NCBI GenBank assembly: GCA_041745755.1
Contig: JBGTIG010000166.1
Location: 1 to 40,889, forward strand
DNA: 40,889 bases
Origin: Lysobacterales bacterium
GTDB taxonomy: Bacteria > Pseudomonadota > Gammaproteobacteria > Xanthomonadales > Ahniellaceae
Reading direction: 5' to 3'
The notes under the pieces are model-generated. The model did no database searches. It saw nothing but the letters and a program-made list of their open reading frames with translations, and was not told the origin of the DNA. This document shows, piece by piece, positions 26,784 through 38,091 of the stretch (position 1 is its first letter; every line of letters begins with the position of its first letter). The position numbers were made by a program, and so were the translations under genes.

Positions 26784-27404
26784 ATGATCCAGAACCTCAA
26801 CCTCGTGCCCATGGTGGTCGAGCAGACTTCGCGCGGAGAGCGGGCCTACGACATCTATTCGCGGCTGCTCAAGGAGCGTGTGATCTTTCTCGTGGGGCCG
26901 ATCGATGATTTCATGGCCAATGTGGTGGTCGCCCAGTTCCTGTTCCTCGAATCGGAGAATCCCGACAAGGACATCAATCTCTACATCAACAGTCCCGGTG
27001 GCTCGGTGACTGCCGGGCTTGCGATATACGACACGATGCAGTTCCTGCGGTCGGACGTCAGCACGATGTGCGTCGGACAGGCAGCCAGCATGGGCGCGTT
27101 GCTGCTTTCGTCAGGCGCGAAGGGCAAGCGCTATTCGCTTCCGAATGCACGCATCATGATCCACCAGCCCTGGGCGGGCGGCATCTCGGGCCAGGCGACC
27201 GATATCGACATTCATGCGCGCGAGATCCTCGCGACGCGAGCCAGGCTCAACGAGATCATGGCCCGGCATACCGGGCAGAGCCTGGAACGAATCGCCACCG
27301 ACACCGAACGCGACCGGTTCATGGGAGCCCTCGACGCGCGCGATTACGGCGTGGTCGATGCGGTGCTCGAGAAGCGTCCCGACGAAAGCGTGCGTTCGGC
27401 TTGA
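26784..27404 (+). CDS. clpP: ATP-dependent Clp protease proteolytic subunit
   Basis: 206 aa from ATG 26784, with GGAG at 26772-26775. Motifs [18 protein letters not shown], the active-site Ser in GQAASMGA, and IMIHQP are present. Confidence 0.96.
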   Translation: MIQNLNLVPMVVEQTSRGERAYDIYSRLLKERVIFLVGPIDDFMANVVVAQFLFLESENPDKDINLYINSPGGSVTAGLAIYDTMQFLRSDVSTMCVGQAASMGALLLSSGAKGKRYSLPNARIMIHQPWAGGISGQATDIDIHAREILATRARLNEIMARHTGQSLERIATDTERDRFMGALDARDYGVVDAVLEKRPDESVRSA

Positions 27405-27524
27405 CTCGGGGTCTTCACGTGCCGCAGCGGCGGGACAGCCCGGCTCGTACCCCATGTTATGCTCCGGCCGGTACGCGCGCGGCGCGGGTAGTCTCGGGCC
27501 TCTGGCAATGAAACGGTGGTGGCA

Positions 27525-28808
27525 ATGAGCGAAGAACGCCCCGGCAGATCTGGCGATGGTGGCAAGATCCTGTACTGCTCGTTCTGCGGCAAGAGCCAGC
27601 ACGAGGTCCGCAAACTCATTGCGGGTCCGAGTGTCTTCATCTGCGATGAGTGCGTCGAGCTCTGCAACGACATCATCCGCGATGAACTCGAGGAAAAGGC
27701 CGCCAGCGCGCGCAGTCATCTGCCCAAGCCGCGCGAGATCCTGGATGTCCTCGATCAGTACGTGATCGGCCAGCCGCGGGCTAAGAAGACGCTCGCCGTC
27801 GCCGTATACAACCACTACAAGCGCCTCGAGTCCCGCAATCGCAACGACGATATCGAGCTCGCGAAGTCGAATATCCTGCTGATCGGCCCGACAGGCTCCG
27901 GCAAGACGCTGCTGGCCGAGACGCTGGCGCGCATGCTCAACGTGCCTTTCACGATCGCCGATGCGACGACCCTGACGGAGGCCGGCTACGTCGGCGAGGA
28001 CGTCGAAAACATCATCCAGAAGCTGCTGCAGAAATGCGACTACGACGTCGAGAAGGCGCAGACCGGCATCGTCTACATCGACGAGATCGACAAGATTTCG
28101 CGCAAGAGCGAGAACCCGTCGATAACCCGCGATGTATCCGGTGAGGGCGTGCAGCAGGCGCTCCTCAAGCTGATCGAAGGCACCACCGCGTCGGTCCCGC
28201 CGCAGGGCGGTCGCAAGCATCCGCAGCAGGAATTCCTGCAGGTGGAGACCAAGAACATCCTTTTCATCTGCGGGGGCGCCTTCTCGGGCCTCGAAAAGCT
28301 CATCCAGGCGCGCTCGGAGTCCACCAGCATCGGTTTTGCGGCGGACATCCGTTCGCGCGATCGCAAGGTGAACGTCGGCACCACACTCGCCCAGATCGAA
28401 CCCGAGGACTTGATCAAGTACGGCCTGATCCCCGAGTTCGTGGGTCGGTTGCCTGTGATTGCGACACTGGAGGAACTCGACGAGGAAGCGTTGGTGAAGA
28501 TCCTCACCGAGCCCAAGAACGCCATCACCAAGCAGTTCAAGAAACTGTTCGAGATGGAGAATGTCGAGCTGGAATTCCGGCCCGAGGCGCTGTCCGCGGT
28601 GGCGAAGAAGGCACTCCTGCGCAAGACCGGCGCGCGCGGCCTGCGCACGATCATCGAACAGGTACTGCTGGAGACCATGTTCGATCTGCCCTCGCAGGAG
28701 AACGTCGGCAAGGTCGTGGTGGACGATGCCGTGATCAACGGCAGCGCCGACCCGTACTTCATGTACACCAACGATCAGCCCCTGCCGGCCCGCGCAGCGT
28801 CTGAATAG
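27525..28808 (+). CDS. clpX: ATP-dependent Clp protease ATP-binding subunit ClpX
   Basis: 427 aa. It has the zinc-binding N-domain ([27 protein letters not shown]), Walker A (GPTGSGKT), Walker B (IVYIDEIDK) and the GYVGEDVEN pore loop. Confidence 0.97.
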   Translation: MSEERPGRSGDGGKILYCSFCGKSQHEVRKLIAGPSVFICDECVELCNDIIRDELEEKAASARSHLPKPREILDVLDQYVIGQPRAKKTLAVAVYNHYKRLESRNRNDDIELAKSNILLIGPTGSGKTLLAETLARMLNVPFTIADATTLTEAGYVGEDVENIIQKLLQKCDYDVEKAQTGIVYIDEIDKISRKSENPSITRDVSGEGVQQALLKLIEGTTASVPPQGGRKHPQQEFLQVETKNILFICGGAFSGLEKLIQARSESTSIGFAADIRSRDRKVNVGTTLAQIEPEDLIKYGLIPEFVGRLPVIATLEELDEEALVKILTEPKNAITKQFKKLFEMENVELEFRPEALSAVAKKALLRKTGARGLRTIIEQVLLETMFDLPSQENVGKVVVDDAVINGSADPYFMYTNDQPLPARAASE

Positions 28809-28948
28809 CCTGCGAAAGGCCTCGCGTCCGGTGAGTCCACGGTCGGGGATCGCGGCTCCGGAAGATCCGGTCCCGATCTCCGGGCTCGAGTCCACTCGCG
28901 CTGCGTATCCCCCGAATGCAGGTTGCCGCCGCGCGGCGCGCCCCTTCG

Positions 28949-28976
28949 CTTGCAATCATGCGGCGGGCCCTCATCT
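28949..28976 (+). promoter_or_regulatory. Putative sigma32 (heat-shock) promoter of lon
   Basis: CTTGCAA (28949-28955), a 13-nt spacer, then CCTCATCT (28969-28976), against the consensus CTTGAAA-N13-15-CCCCATNT. It lies 55 nt upstream of the lon ATG. lon is sigma32-dependent in E. coli. Confidence 0.35.
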
Positions 28977-29030
28977 GGCAGGGACTGCGGTCGAGTTCTG
29001 GTCGCGCACCCCCTATCCGGAGTCCGATCG

Positions 29031-31586
29031 ATGACTGAAGACGCGCCCCCCCGCACCGATGCCCTCGTGCAATTGCCGGTGTTGCCCCTGCGGGACGTGG
29101 TCGTCTATCCCTCGATGGTGATTCCGCTGTTCGTCGGACGTGCGCGATCGATGCAGGCGCTCGAGACCGCGATGGCAGCGGACCGGCAGGTGCTGCTGGT
29201 GGCCCAGCGCAGCCCCGAGGTGGATGATCCCAAGTCGGAAGACCTGTACTCGTTCGGCACGGTCGCGACACTGCTGCAGTTGCTCCGCCTTCCGGATGGC
29301 ACGATCAAGGTACTGGTCGAGGGCGTGGCGCGCGCGCGCGTCGAGCGCTTCATCGAAGCCGAGGGCGAGACGCGGGCGGACATCGCGGTGCTGGCCGCCG
29401 TCCCGCCGCTAGATCAGCGCGAGACCGAGGCGGCCGCAAAGTCCCTGGTCTCCCTGTTCGAGCAATACGTCAAGCTCAATCGCAAGATTCCGCCGGAGCT
29501 CCTGACCACGCTCTCAGGTCTCGAAGATCCCGTCCGTGTCGCCGATACCGTCGCCGCCCACCTTGGCGTACGCGTGGCCGACAAGCAGCGTGTTCTCGAG
29601 GCCGAGGATGTGGGTGCACGGCTCGAACTGCTGATTGGCTTCGTCGATGGAGAGATCGACGTGCAGCAGATCGAGAAGCGCATCCGCGGTCGGGTCAAGT
29701 CGCAGATGGAAAAGAGCCAGCGCGAGTACTACCTCAACGAACAGATGAAGGCGATCCAGAAGGAACTGGGGGACCTCGAAGAAGCACCGAACGAGATAGA
29801 AGACCTCGCCAGGCGCATCACCGCGGCGAAGATGCCGGAAGCGGTGGAAGCCAAGGCGCGGGCCGAACACAACAAGCTCAAGCAGATGCCGCCCATGTCG
29901 GCCGAAGCGACGGTCGTGCGCAACTATCTCGACTGGCTCCTGCAGGTTCCGTGGAGCCGGCGCACGAAGGTGCGTCGCGACCTGCTCGCCGCGGAAAAGG
30001 TCCTCGACCACGATCACTATGGTCTGGAAAAGGTGAAGGAGCGCATCCTCGAATACCTGGCGGTGCAGCAGCGCGTGCGCAAGCTCAAGGGTCCAATCCT
30101 CTGCCTCGTCGGGCCACCGGGTGTCGGCAAGACGTCGCTCGGCAAGTCGATCGCGAAGGCGACGAACCGGAAGTTCTCGCGCATATCGCTCGGGGGCGTG
30201 CGCGACGAGGCAGAGATTCGCGGCCATCGCCGAACCTACGTCGGCTCGTTGCCGGGACGGCTGATCCAGAATCTTGCCAAGGTCGGGTCGCGCAATGCCT
30301 TGCTCATGCTCGACGAGATCGACAAGATGAGCATGGATTTCCGTGGCGATCCCTCCTCGGCGATGCTGGAGGTGCTGGACCCCGAACAGAACCACACCTT
30401 CAACGATCATTATCTCGAGGTCGACGTCGACCTGTCGGAGGTGATGTTCATCGCCACCGCGAATTCCCTCAACATCCCGGGACCGCTGCTCGATCGCATG
30501 GAAGTCATCCGCATCCCCGGGTACACCGAGGACGAGAAAATAAACATCGGCGAGCGCTATCTCGTTCCCAAGCAGCAGAAGGCCAATGGCCTCAAGCCAG
30601 GCGAACTGCAGATAGAGGAGAGCGCCCTGCGCGACATCGTGCGTTACTACACGCGCGAGTCGGGCGTGCGCAACATGGAGCGCGAGATCGCCAAGATCTG
30701 CCGCAAGTCCGTGAAGCAGCTCACCCTGGCGGCCGCGAAGAAGCCGGGCAAGAACGCCCGCGGCGTCGCCCGGAACGCCAAGGCAAAGGCGAAGGCTAGA
30801 GCGACCGCGGCGGCGGCTGCGAAAGCGGCGGCGTCGCGCGCTGCCGCCATCAAGACGCTCGTGGTGAGCGAGAGCAACCTCTCCGATTATCTCGGCGTCC
30901 GTCGCCACGACTTCGGCCGCGCAGAGGAGCAGAACGAAATCGGCGTGGTGACCGGACTTGCCTGGACGCAGGTCGGCGGCGAGTTGCTCAGCATCGAAGC
31001 CAGCGTGGTACCGGGCAAGGGCAAGACCCAGTTCACGGGCAAGCTCGGCGAAGTGATGCGGGAATCAATACAGGCCGCCATGTCCGTGGTTCGGGCGCGC
31101 GCGGAACGTTTCGGAATCGACCGGGACTTCCACCAGAACATCGATGTCCACGTCCACGTGCCGGAGGGAGCGACGCCCAAGGATGGGCCGAGCGCCGGCA
31201 TCGCGATGTGCACCGCACTGGTGTCCGCCTTGACCCGCATTCCCGTTCGCGCCGACGTCGCCATGACCGGAGAGATCACGCTGCGTGGACGCGTGCTGCC
31301 GATTGGCGGTCTCAAGGAAAAGCTGCTCGCGGCCCACCGCGGTGGCCTCAAGCGCATCATCATTCCCCACGACAACGCCAAGGATCTGGTCGAAATTCCG
31401 GACAACATCAAGGGATCGCTAGAGATTCATCCCGTCAAGTGGATCGACCAGGTGCTCGACCTCGCCATGGCCGAACCGCTCGCGCGTCCTGGCGAACCGG
31501 TCGAATCCGTCGCTGCCAAGGTGGTGGTGGAGAAGACGGAACGTACCCGACGTCCGGCGAAGGATCGTGGAACGAGGCCGCACTGA
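29031..31586 (+). CDS. lon: ATP-dependent Lon protease (LonA)
   Basis: 851 aa from an internal ATG of ORF 28923..31586. It has the LON N-domain ([23 protein letters not shown]), Walker A (GPPGVGKTS), Walker B (LMLDEIDK) and the protease Ser motif ([11 protein letters not shown]). Confidence 0.97.
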   Translation: MTEDAPPRTDALVQLPVLPLRDVVVYPSMVIPLFVGRARSMQALETAMAADRQVLLVAQRSPEVDDPKSEDLYSFGTVATLLQLLRLPDGTIKVLVEGVARARVERFIEAEGETRADIAVLAAVPPLDQRETEAAAKSLVSLFEQYVKLNRKIPPELLTTLSGLEDPVRVADTVAAHLGVRVADKQRVLEAEDVGARLELLIGFVDGEIDVQQIEKRIRGRVKSQMEKSQREYYLNEQMKAIQKELGDLEEAPNEIEDLARRITAAKMPEAVEAKARAEHNKLKQMPPMSAEATVVRNYLDWLLQVPWSRRTKVRRDLLAAEKVLDHDHYGLEKVKERILEYLAVQQRVRKLKGPILCLVGPPGVGKTSLGKSIAKATNRKFSRISLGGVRDEAEIRGHRRTYVGSLPGRLIQNLAKVGSRNALLMLDEIDKMSMDFRGDPSSAMLEVLDPEQNHTFNDHYLEVDVDLSEVMFIATANSLNIPGPLLDRMEVIRIPGYTEDEKINIGERYLVPKQQKANGLKPGELQIEESALRDIVRYYTRESGVRNMEREIAKICRKSVKQLTLAAAKKPGKNARGVARNAKAKAKARATAAAAAKAAASRAAAIKTLVVSESNLSDYLGVRRHDFGRAEEQNEIGVVTGLAWTQVGGELLSIEASVVPGKGKTQFTGKLGEVMRESIQAAMSVVRARAERFGIDRDFHQNIDVHVHVPEGATPKDGPSAGIAMCTALVSALTRIPVRADVAMTGEITLRGRVLPIGGLKEKLLAAHRGGLKRIIIPHDNAKDLVEIPDNIKGSLEIHPVKWIDQVLDLAMAEPLARPGEPVESVAAKVVVEKTERTRRPAKDRGTRPH

Positions 31587-31680
31587 CCCTCGCATTCACC
31601 GCCGATCCACGCGTTGACAGGTCCCCCAAGCCCGTTGCCGACCGCGGCGTCGCAATTGCGTTTGCGCCGGCTGGCAACGT

Positions 31681-31709
31681 TTGCACGTGCCAAATGCCGC
31701 TGGTATAAC
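31681..31709 (+). promoter_or_regulatory. Putative sigma70 promoter for hupB
   Basis: TTGCAC (31681-31686), a 17-nt spacer, then TATAAC (31704-31709), about 135 nt upstream of the hupB ATG. This is a sequence match only. Confidence 0.3.
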
Positions 31710-31846
31710 GCATGCTCCGCCACGCGCACGCGCAGTTCGGGCACAGCTTGGGCGCGGAGTGTCGAAGCAACCGAATCCGCCGGATCCATATGACCGCCGC
31801 GGCCCGAATTTCGAGCCGTCCGCAAAACCTTTGAGGGAGTGACTCC

Positions 31847-32119
31847 ATGAACAAAGCCGATTTCATCACCGCCATCTCGGATGCAGCGGACCTCACCAAG
31901 GCCGACGCCGGCAAGGCGCTCGAAGCAGTCATCACGGTCATTCGCAAGACGCTCAAGAGCGGCAATGACGTTACGCTGGTCGGCTTTGGTACTTTTACAG
32001 TGCGCAAGCGCGCCGCCCGCCTGGGCCGCAACCCCCAGACCGGCGCCACGATCAAGATCCAGGCTTCCAAGGTGCCCGCCTTCAAGGCTGGAAAGGCCTT
32101 GAAGGACGCGTTAAACTGA
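31847..32119 (+). CDS. hupB: DNA-binding protein HU-beta
   Basis: 90 aa. [10 protein letters not shown]...[49 protein letters not shown] is canonical HU. It lies downstream of lon as in E. coli. Confidence 0.96.
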   Translation: MNKADFITAISDAADLTKADAGKALEAVITVIRKTLKSGNDVTLVGFGTFTVRKRAARLGRNPQTGATIKIQASKVPAFKAGKALKDALN

Positions 32120-32178
32120 TTGACTTGGTTGCGCTGCGCAATCCGCACCCGGGTGCTGAACCGCAGTCCGTGTTGTAC

Positions 32179-32253
32179 GGGTGCTTAGCTCAGCGGTAGA
32201 GCGTCGCCCTTACAAGGCGAGGGTCGGGGGTTCGAAACCCTCAGCACCCACCA
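32179..32253 (+). tRNA. tRNA-Val (anticodon TAC)
   Basis: A 75-nt cloverleaf with anticodon arm tcgcc-ctTACaa-ggcga and an encoded CCA. Confidence 0.92.
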
Positions 32254-32260
32254 GTTTCGT

Positions 32261-32337
32261 GGAGTGGTAGTTCAGTTGGTTAGAATGCTGGCCTGTCACG
32301 CCGGAGGTCGCGGGTTCGAGTCCCGTCCACTCCGCCA
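32261..32337 (+). tRNA. tRNA-Asp (anticodon GTC)
   Basis: A 77-nt cloverleaf with anticodon arm ctggc-ctGTCac-gccgg and an encoded GCCA 3' end. Confidence 0.92.
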
Positions 32338-32342
32338 ATCAG

Positions 32343-32372
32343 CAAGGGCGCCGCAGGCGCCCTTGTTTTTTT
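32343..32372 (+). terminator. Intrinsic terminator after tRNA-Asp
   Basis: caagggcgc-cgcag-gcgcccttg forms a 9-bp stem followed by a T7 run. Confidence 0.75.
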
Positions 32373-32460
32373 CCGGCGCTCCAGTTCGCGGCACCGCCCA
32401 TCGAACGGGGTAGATTCGGCGGTGCGCTCGATGGCGGCGCTTCGCCGCAGAGGTGATCAG

Positions 32461-34368
32461 ATGCTGCAAGCGTTGAGAGACAAGACCACCGGAGTGTTCG
32501 CGATCCTCGTACTGGGTGCGGTGATCATCGCCCTCAGCATGTTCGGTGTCAGCGATTACTTTACCGGCGGCGGCAACACGTATGTCGCGAAGGTCGGCGA
32601 AGAGGAGATCGGCCCCGACGACTTCCGCAGCCGGCTTTCGGACGAGCGGTCGCGCGCGCAGGCGCAGCTCGGCACCTCGTTCGATCCCGCGGTGTTCGAC
32701 GAACCGACCCGCAAGCGCGCGCTGCTGGACCGGATGGTGGAAGAGGAACTGCTGTTCCAGGCCGCCCGCGACGCCGGTGCGGAGATCTCGGACGCGCGGC
32801 TCCGCCGGGAGATCGAGGACATCGAATCCTTCCAGCGTGAAGGAAAGTTCGATCCCGTGCAGTACCAGGCGCTGCTGCAGTCGCAACAGATGTCTCCCCA
32901 GGGTTTCCAGGAACTGATGCGGCGCGACCTGACCATGCGCGAGATTCCCCGCCAGCTGGAAGCCACGGCAGCGATCAGTGAACGTGAAGTGGATCGATAT
33001 CTCGCACTCGAAGGGCAGACGCGCAATGCGCGCTACTTTCTGGTGCCGCCAGCCGACGCCAGCCCGCCGGACGCGGCTGCGATCGCCAAGTACTATCGCG
33101 ACCACCCCTCGGAGTTCATGAGCGAGGAACAGGTCTCGCTCGATTACGTAATTCTCGACGCCGCCGATCTCGACATAGACACCACTCCCGACGAATCGAC
33201 GCTGCGTGCCCGATACCAGGAACAGCAGGCGAACTTCGTTGAGGAGGAGCAACGGCTCGCTTCGCACATTCTCGTCGCCGTTCCGGAGGGCGCCGACGCG
33301 GCTGCGCAGAAGGCCGCGGCCGACAAGGCCGCGAGGCTGCTGGCGGAGATACGCGCGGGCAAACCGTTCGCCGATGTCGCCAGCGCGGAGTCCGACGACT
33401 CGGGATCGCGTGCTGCCGGCGGAGACCTCGGATGGCTCGAGAAAGGCGTGACCGACCCGGCGTTCGAGAGCGCGCTGTTCGCGCTCGACGCCGGCGCCAA
33501 TCCGATTTCCGCACCCGTGCGCGGCAGCGAAGGCTTTCACCTCATACAGTTGCGTGAAGTCAGGCCAGGTTCCACCAAGACTTTCGAGGAAGTGCAGGAC
33601 GAACTCGCAACCGATCTGCTGGATTCCGAACGCGAGCGTGTTTTCGCCGATCAGTCGAGCGAGCTCATCGATCAGGTGTACGCCGACCCGACGTCGCTCG
33701 ATGCCGCAGCCGATGTGCTCAAGCTCAAGGTCGAACGCACGCCCTTGTTCAGCCGTGCCGGGGGACCCGGCGTCGCGAGCAATCCCAAGGTCGTCGAAGC
33801 GGCGTTCTCCGACGCGCTGCTGGTTGAAGGCAACGTCAGCGATCCGATCGACATCGGACCGAATCGACTGGCGCTGGTCAAGATGGCGGAGCACAAGCCT
33901 CGTGTGCTGCGACCGCTCAAGGACGTGGCTGCAGAGGTCACGATTCGCGTGCAGCGCGCGCAGGCGAACGAGGACGTGCGCCAGCGAGCCCTGGCGCTGG
34001 AACGCCAGTTGAAAACTGGCGCAACCCTCGACGCGTTGGCGAAGAAGGCAGGCGTGCCCGTGATCGACGCGCCCGGAGTGTCGAGGAAGGCACTCAACCA
34101 TGACGCGGCCATCGTCGAGGCGCTGTTCAAGCTGCCGCGAACGCGCGGCGACGAACCCAAGCGCGCGCTGCTCACTTTGCCGCAGGGCCGATATGCGCTG
34201 GCGGAAGTCACTCGCGTCATCGACGGCGACCCGGCCAAGGCGGACAAGGCGGCACGCGAACAGGCGAAGACATTGATGCGCGCGGCGCTTGCGGTGAGCG
34301 AGACCCGTGCGTTCGTGGAGTCTCTGCGCAAGCGATCGGAGGTCGTGGTCGCCGAGGATCGGTTGTAG
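32461..34368 (+). CDS. ppiD: Periplasmic chaperone / peptidyl-prolyl isomerase PpiD
   Basis: 635 aa from ATG 32461. MLQALRDKTTGVFAILVLGAVIIALSMF is the N-terminal membrane anchor. A parvulin-like region follows (ASHILV...GGDLGWLEKG...GFHLIQL). The position after hupB matches E. coli. Confidence 0.9.
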   Translation: MLQALRDKTTGVFAILVLGAVIIALSMFGVSDYFTGGGNTYVAKVGEEEIGPDDFRSRLSDERSRAQAQLGTSFDPAVFDEPTRKRALLDRMVEEELLFQAARDAGAEISDARLRREIEDIESFQREGKFDPVQYQALLQSQQMSPQGFQELMRRDLTMREIPRQLEATAAISEREVDRYLALEGQTRNARYFLVPPADASPPDAAAIAKYYRDHPSEFMSEEQVSLDYVILDAADLDIDTTPDESTLRARYQEQQANFVEEEQRLASHILVAVPEGADAAAQKAAADKAARLLAEIRAGKPFADVASAESDDSGSRAAGGDLGWLEKGVTDPAFESALFALDAGANPISAPVRGSEGFHLIQLREVRPGSTKTFEEVQDELATDLLDSERERVFADQSSELIDQVYADPTSLDAAADVLKLKVERTPLFSRAGGPGVASNPKVVEAAFSDALLVEGNVSDPIDIGPNRLALVKMAEHKPRVLRPLKDVAAEVTIRVQRAQANEDVRQRALALERQLKTGATLDALAKKAGVPVIDAPGVSRKALNHDAAIVEALFKLPRTRGDEPKRALLTLPQGRYALAEVTRVIDGDPAKADKAAREQAKTLMRAALAVSETRAFVESLRKRSEVVVAEDRL

Positions 34369-34532
34369 ACCGGACCTTCCCTGAAGTCGCGCCGACCCGT
34401 CCGCGGCCTATCGCGGGAAAGTGCAGTTCGTGATGGACGGCTGCAATACGCCGTAGGCCACCGATTTCATCGCCGTCGCGATGACCGCTGGTTCCCGCGG
34501 AATTCCACCGCGGCTGCCGCGCCTCGGGGTTT

Positions 34533-35303
34533 TCAGGAAACCGTGCTGAAGCCCGCGTCCACGTATGTGATCTCGCCGGTCACGCCCGAAGCCAGATCCG
34601 AACACAGGAACGCGGCGACGTTGCCGACTTCCTCGATGGACACCGAGCGCCGCAACGGTGCGGTCGCTTCGAAGTGTTCGAGCATTCGCCTGAAGTTGCC
34701 GACGCCACTGGCCGCCAGCGTCTTGATCGGTCCGGCCGAGATCGCGTTGACCCGGGTTCCCTCCGGTCCGAGGTTGTAGGCAAGGTAACGCACGTTGGCC
34801 TCGAGACTGGCCTTGGCGAGGCCCATGACGTTGTAGTTCGCCATGGCGCGTTCGGCACCGAGATACGACAGCGTGAGGATCGCGCCCTTGCGGTCCCGCA
34901 TGAGCGGGCGCGCGGCCTTTGCCAGTGCCGCGAGGCTGTAGCTCGAGATGTCGTGCGCGACCGCGAAGGATTCGCGCGTGAGCCCCTCCAGGAATTCGCC
35001 CTGGAGTGCCTCCCGCGGCGCGAATCCAACGGAATGCACGAGGATGTCCAGCCCGTCCCAACGCTTTCCGAGCGCGTCGAACACATTGCCGATCTGGGTA
35101 TCGTCGCCCACGTCCAGGGGCAGGACGATCGCCGAACCTGCGGATTTCGCGGCGTCTTCGACGCGCGATCGCAGGCGCTCGTTCTGGTACGTGAATGCCA
35201 GTTCCGCGCCCTCGCGATGCATGGCTTCGGCAATACCGCTGGCGATCGAGCGCGAGCTGGCGATTCCCACGATGAGCGCGCGCTTGCCTTCGAGAAAACC
35301 CAT
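34533..35303 (-). CDS. fabI: Enoyl-[acyl-carrier-protein] reductase (NADH) FabI
   Basis: 256 aa from an internal ATG (cat at 35301-35303). [32 protein letters not shown], the Y-x6-K region ([14 protein letters not shown]) and [17 protein letters not shown] are canonical FabI. Confidence 0.95.
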   Translation of the reverse strand: MGFLEGKRALIVGIASSRSIASGIAEAMHREGAELAFTYQNERLRSRVEDAAKSAGSAIVLPLDVGDDTQIGNVFDALGKRWDGLDILVHSVGFAPREALQGEFLEGLTRESFAVAHDISSYSLAALAKAARPLMRDRKGAILTLSYLGAERAMANYNVMGLAKASLEANVRYLAYNLGPEGTRVNAISAGPIKTLAASGVGNFRRMLEHFEATAPLRRSVSIEEVGNVAAFLCSDLASGVTGEITYVDAGFSTVS

Positions 35304-35349
35304 GGGCGTTCCGGTTCGACAGGAAGCGCAAAGTGTAGCGAAGGGGAGA

Positions 35350-35367
35350 CGCGCCGAAGCCGGCGCG
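35350..35367 (-). terminator. GC hairpin downstream of mltD (candidate terminator)
   Basis: cgcgccg-aagc-cggcgcg is a perfect 7-bp stem, about 50 nt after the mltD stop on the minus strand. The trailing sequence is only moderately T-rich. Confidence 0.35.
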
Positions 35368-35418
35368 GTCTGACAAGCGACTTCCGGCCTCGCCCGGATG
35401 GACTGGTGTCGACCTGGG

Positions 35419-36498
35419 TCAGGGAGCCCGGAGCCGGAGCATCTGACCCGGTCGCAGGATCGAACCCGTGCCGACTGCGTTCCAGCGCTTGAGGTCGAGC
35501 ATCGCAATGCCGTAGCGGCGCGCGATCCTCCAGAGGGAATCTCCGGAAACCACGCGGTGGAACTGCGGCGATGCGACGCTCGAGGTCGCCGCCGATGCGC
35601 CCGCTTCGCTGGCCGCGATCGCGGTCGTGGATACCTCCACGCGCTGCGGCGCCGAACTCGCGGGCGGCAACGCCATGCCGTATCTGTCGGGGTCCTTGCA
35701 GATGCAGACCAGCGCGCGCAATCGGGAATAATGCGCTCTGGTAATCGGACTCAGCGGCAACGCGTATGCATCGCCTTGCCAGCCGCCAGACCGACGCAGG
35801 GCGCCGCGGACGCGCCCGTCTCCTGCATTGAAAGCGAGATTGACGAGAGTCCAGTCCTCGAACTGGCGATGCAGCGATTCGAGCAGGCGGATCGCGGCAT
35901 CGGTCGAGGCAACCAGATCGAAGCGTTGATCGAGCGTTGCGGCGACCTTGATGCCCGCGGCCCTCGCGGTACCCGGAGCGAGCTGCCACGGACCCGCGGG
36001 TCTGGGCGTGCCAGGCCGAAGCGCTGCCCACTGATAGCGGCTTTCCACCATGGGCAGCAGCGCGAACTCGAGCGGGAGTCCCGCGCGTTCCAGCCGGTGC
36101 GCGACATAGTCGAGGTGCGGGACCGCTCGGCGCATCATGGACTCGAAGGCAACCGGATGCGCGGTGAAACCCCGGAGCGATGCGCGCATCGAGGACTCGT
36201 GCTCGCAGTCGGCGAAGCGGAAACCGGCGCGAAGCCGGCTCCATAGATCAGGCGAGACATCGACATCCGCGGCATCGGGCACGGCGCTTGCTGCGGCAGG
36301 CCTGCGCGAGCGCCCCGACCGCTTCCTTCGCGACGAGCCTTCGGTGGCAACCGCAGGCGCGATGTGTTCGCCGGCCCCGGGACTGCCCGCAGGGGCGTCC
36401 GCGCGCGCAGGCGAAGGCTGCTCGCGATCCGGCAGGCTCTGACAGGCTGACAAGAGCACGAGGGAACCGGCCAGTGCCAGCCAGCGAACCGGCCTCAT
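35419..36498 (-). CDS. mltD: Lytic murein transglycosylase D-like lipoprotein (SLT domain plus one LysM)
   Basis: 359 aa from an internal ATG (cat at 36496-36498). It has a lipoprotein signal [19 protein letters not shown]. The SLT catalytic region [15 protein letters not shown]...[11 protein letters not shown] is present. The C-terminal LysM is [27 protein letters not shown]. It is adjacent to gloB as in E. coli. Confidence 0.8.
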   Translation of the reverse strand: MRPVRWLALAGSLVLLSACQSLPDREQPSPARADAPAGSPGAGEHIAPAVATEGSSRRKRSGRSRRPAAASAVPDAADVDVSPDLWSRLRAGFRFADCEHESSMRASLRGFTAHPVAFESMMRRAVPHLDYVAHRLERAGLPLEFALLPMVESRYQWAALRPGTPRPAGPWQLAPGTARAAGIKVAATLDQRFDLVASTDAAIRLLESLHRQFEDWTLVNLAFNAGDGRVRGALRRSGGWQGDAYALPLSPITRAHYSRLRALVCICKDPDRYGMALPPASSAPQRVEVSTTAIAASEAGASAATSSVASPQFHRVVSGDSLWRIARRYGIAMLDLKRWNAVGTGSILRPGQMLRLRAP

Positions 36499-37274
36499 GG
36501 ATCGGTTGCCCGGAACGCGTCCTTCCACGCCCGCAGCCACATGAACGCCTCAGTTGCGTCCAGCGGCAAGACGCCGTGACGGCGTTGCAGCGCCGACAGG
36601 ACGGCGGCATTCGACAACCTCAGGAACGGGTTCGTCGCGCGCTCGGCCTCGAGGGTCGACGGGACCGTAGGCAAGCCTGCGGCGCGCAATTCGTCGGCCT
36701 GACGTTCGCGCTCGGTGAGCGCGCCGTTGTCTGCGTCCAGCGACCTCGCGAACCTCGCATTGGCGACGGTGTATTCGTGGCCGCAGCAGACGCGGGTGTC
36801 GCCCGGAAGCGCCGCGAGACGCGAGAGGGAATGCTGAAACTGCGCCGGTGTGCCCTCGAACATCCTGCCGCATCCGAGCGAAAACAGCGTGTCGCCGCAG
36901 AACAGGAGGCCCGCACCGGCGAACGCGATGTGCGATGTCGTGTGGCCCGGAATCTCCAGCACATCGAACTCGACCCGCAGGTCATCGATCCGGATCCTGT
37001 CTCCCTCGCCAACCCGTTCCGCCGGATCGCGGATGCGCGCATCGTGCGGGGCGAACACGCGCGCCGAGGGGTGCTCGCGCAGGATCGCGGCGACGCCGCC
37101 GACATGATCCGCATGATGATGCGTCAGCAGGATCGCCGACAGGTTGAGTTGGTCGCGGGTGAGCGTGTCGAGCGCAGGCTTGGCCGCACCCGGGTCGACG
37201 ATGATGGCGTCGGATCCCTGGTCCAGCATCCAGATGTAGTTGTCCTGCAGCGCGGGGATCGGGCGCAGTCGCAA
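36495..37274 (-). CDS. gloB: Hydroxyacylglutathione hydrolase (glyoxalase II)
   Basis: IPALQDNYIWML, the metallo-beta-lactamase motif THHHADHVGG, and GHEYT are present. The proposed start is TTG at 37274, with GGAGG 10 nt upstream, which gives MRLRPIPALQDNYIW like E. coli MNLNSIPAFDDNYIW. The stop overlaps the mltD ATG (ATGA). Confidence 0.88.
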   Translation of the reverse strand: MRLRPIPALQDNYIWMLDQGSDAIIVDPGAAKPALDTLTRDQLNLSAILLTHHHADHVGGVAAILREHPSARVFAPHDARIRDPAERVGEGDRIRIDDLRVEFDVLEIPGHTTSHIAFAGAGLLFCGDTLFSLGCGRMFEGTPAQFQHSLSRLAALPGDTRVCCGHEYTVANARFARSLDADNGALTERERQADELRAAGLPTVPSTLEAERATNPFLRLSNAAVLSALQRRHGVLPLDATEAFMWLRAWKDAFRATDP

Positions 37275-37437
37275 TCGGATCGAGCCTCCGGATGGATGGT
37301 TGCCGCCGCGGATTTCCACCGCGTCAGCGCTGCTGGCCTTGACGCCCGGATGTTCCCGCCGCGGGCTTTGTATCACAATGACCAGCGGCGCCCTGCGCCA
37401 GTGTTCGAGCACCGCCGGATCCCCAACCGAGACTTCG

Positions 37438-38091
37438 ATGCACGTCGATGACACCGCGCGACAGCGACTCGCCGAACTGACGGAAATCGAAGCGACCTGG
37501 CTGCGTCGCACGGCGCCGCTCGCTGCGGGCGACCGCCTGCTGTGGATCGGCATTGCAACGACCCCCGGCGAGGCGCCTCCGGGAGCGCTGCAAGCCAGTT
37601 TCATCATGGGCGCCGACGGAAACTTCAGCGGCGATGCGCGCGGCAGCGGTGACGCGCTGCCGTTCGTGCCCGGTTCCGCATCGCACGTGGTGGTGCAGCA
37701 CGCGCACGAGGTTTCGATCGACGGTGACGATCTGCTTTGCCAGTGCGCCGAACTGCTGAAGCCGGCCGGGGTGCTGCTGGTGTTCGGATTTCATCCCTGG
37801 TCGATGTGGCAGCGTCAGATCCAGGGCGAACTTTCCCTGCGTGTACGGACTCCGCAGTCCTGGGCACGCTCACTGCAGGCGCAGGGTCTCGATGTGCTGC
37901 GCGTGGAGCGCGTGGGGCCGGCGTGGCCGGGCGCACCCGGGCTGTTCGACCGATTCGGCATGGCCTACGCATTGCGTGCATCCAGAAGCGGCGCTGCGAT
38001 CATTCCCTTCCGGGGTCGCGTGCACGCCGGTGCAACGCGGGAATTCTCGCTCGCCACCCGCGCCGCAGCCTCGTTGCGACGCTCGGCGTGA
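37438..38091 (+). CDS. YafS-like class I SAM-dependent methyltransferase
   Basis: The pattern [19 protein letters not shown]...[26 protein letters not shown] parallels E. coli YafS. The synteny gloB | yafS - rnhA - dnaQ agrees. The start is uncertain (ATG 37438 or ATG 37378). Confidence 0.62.
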   Translation: MHVDDTARQRLAELTEIEATWLRRTAPLAAGDRLLWIGIATTPGEAPPGALQASFIMGADGNFSGDARGSGDALPFVPGSASHVVVQHAHEVSIDGDDLLCQCAELLKPAGVLLVFGFHPWSMWQRQIQGELSLRVRTPQSWARSLQAQGLDVLRVERVGPAWPGAPGLFDRFGMAYALRASRSGAAIIPFRGRVHAGATREFSLATRAAASLRRSA

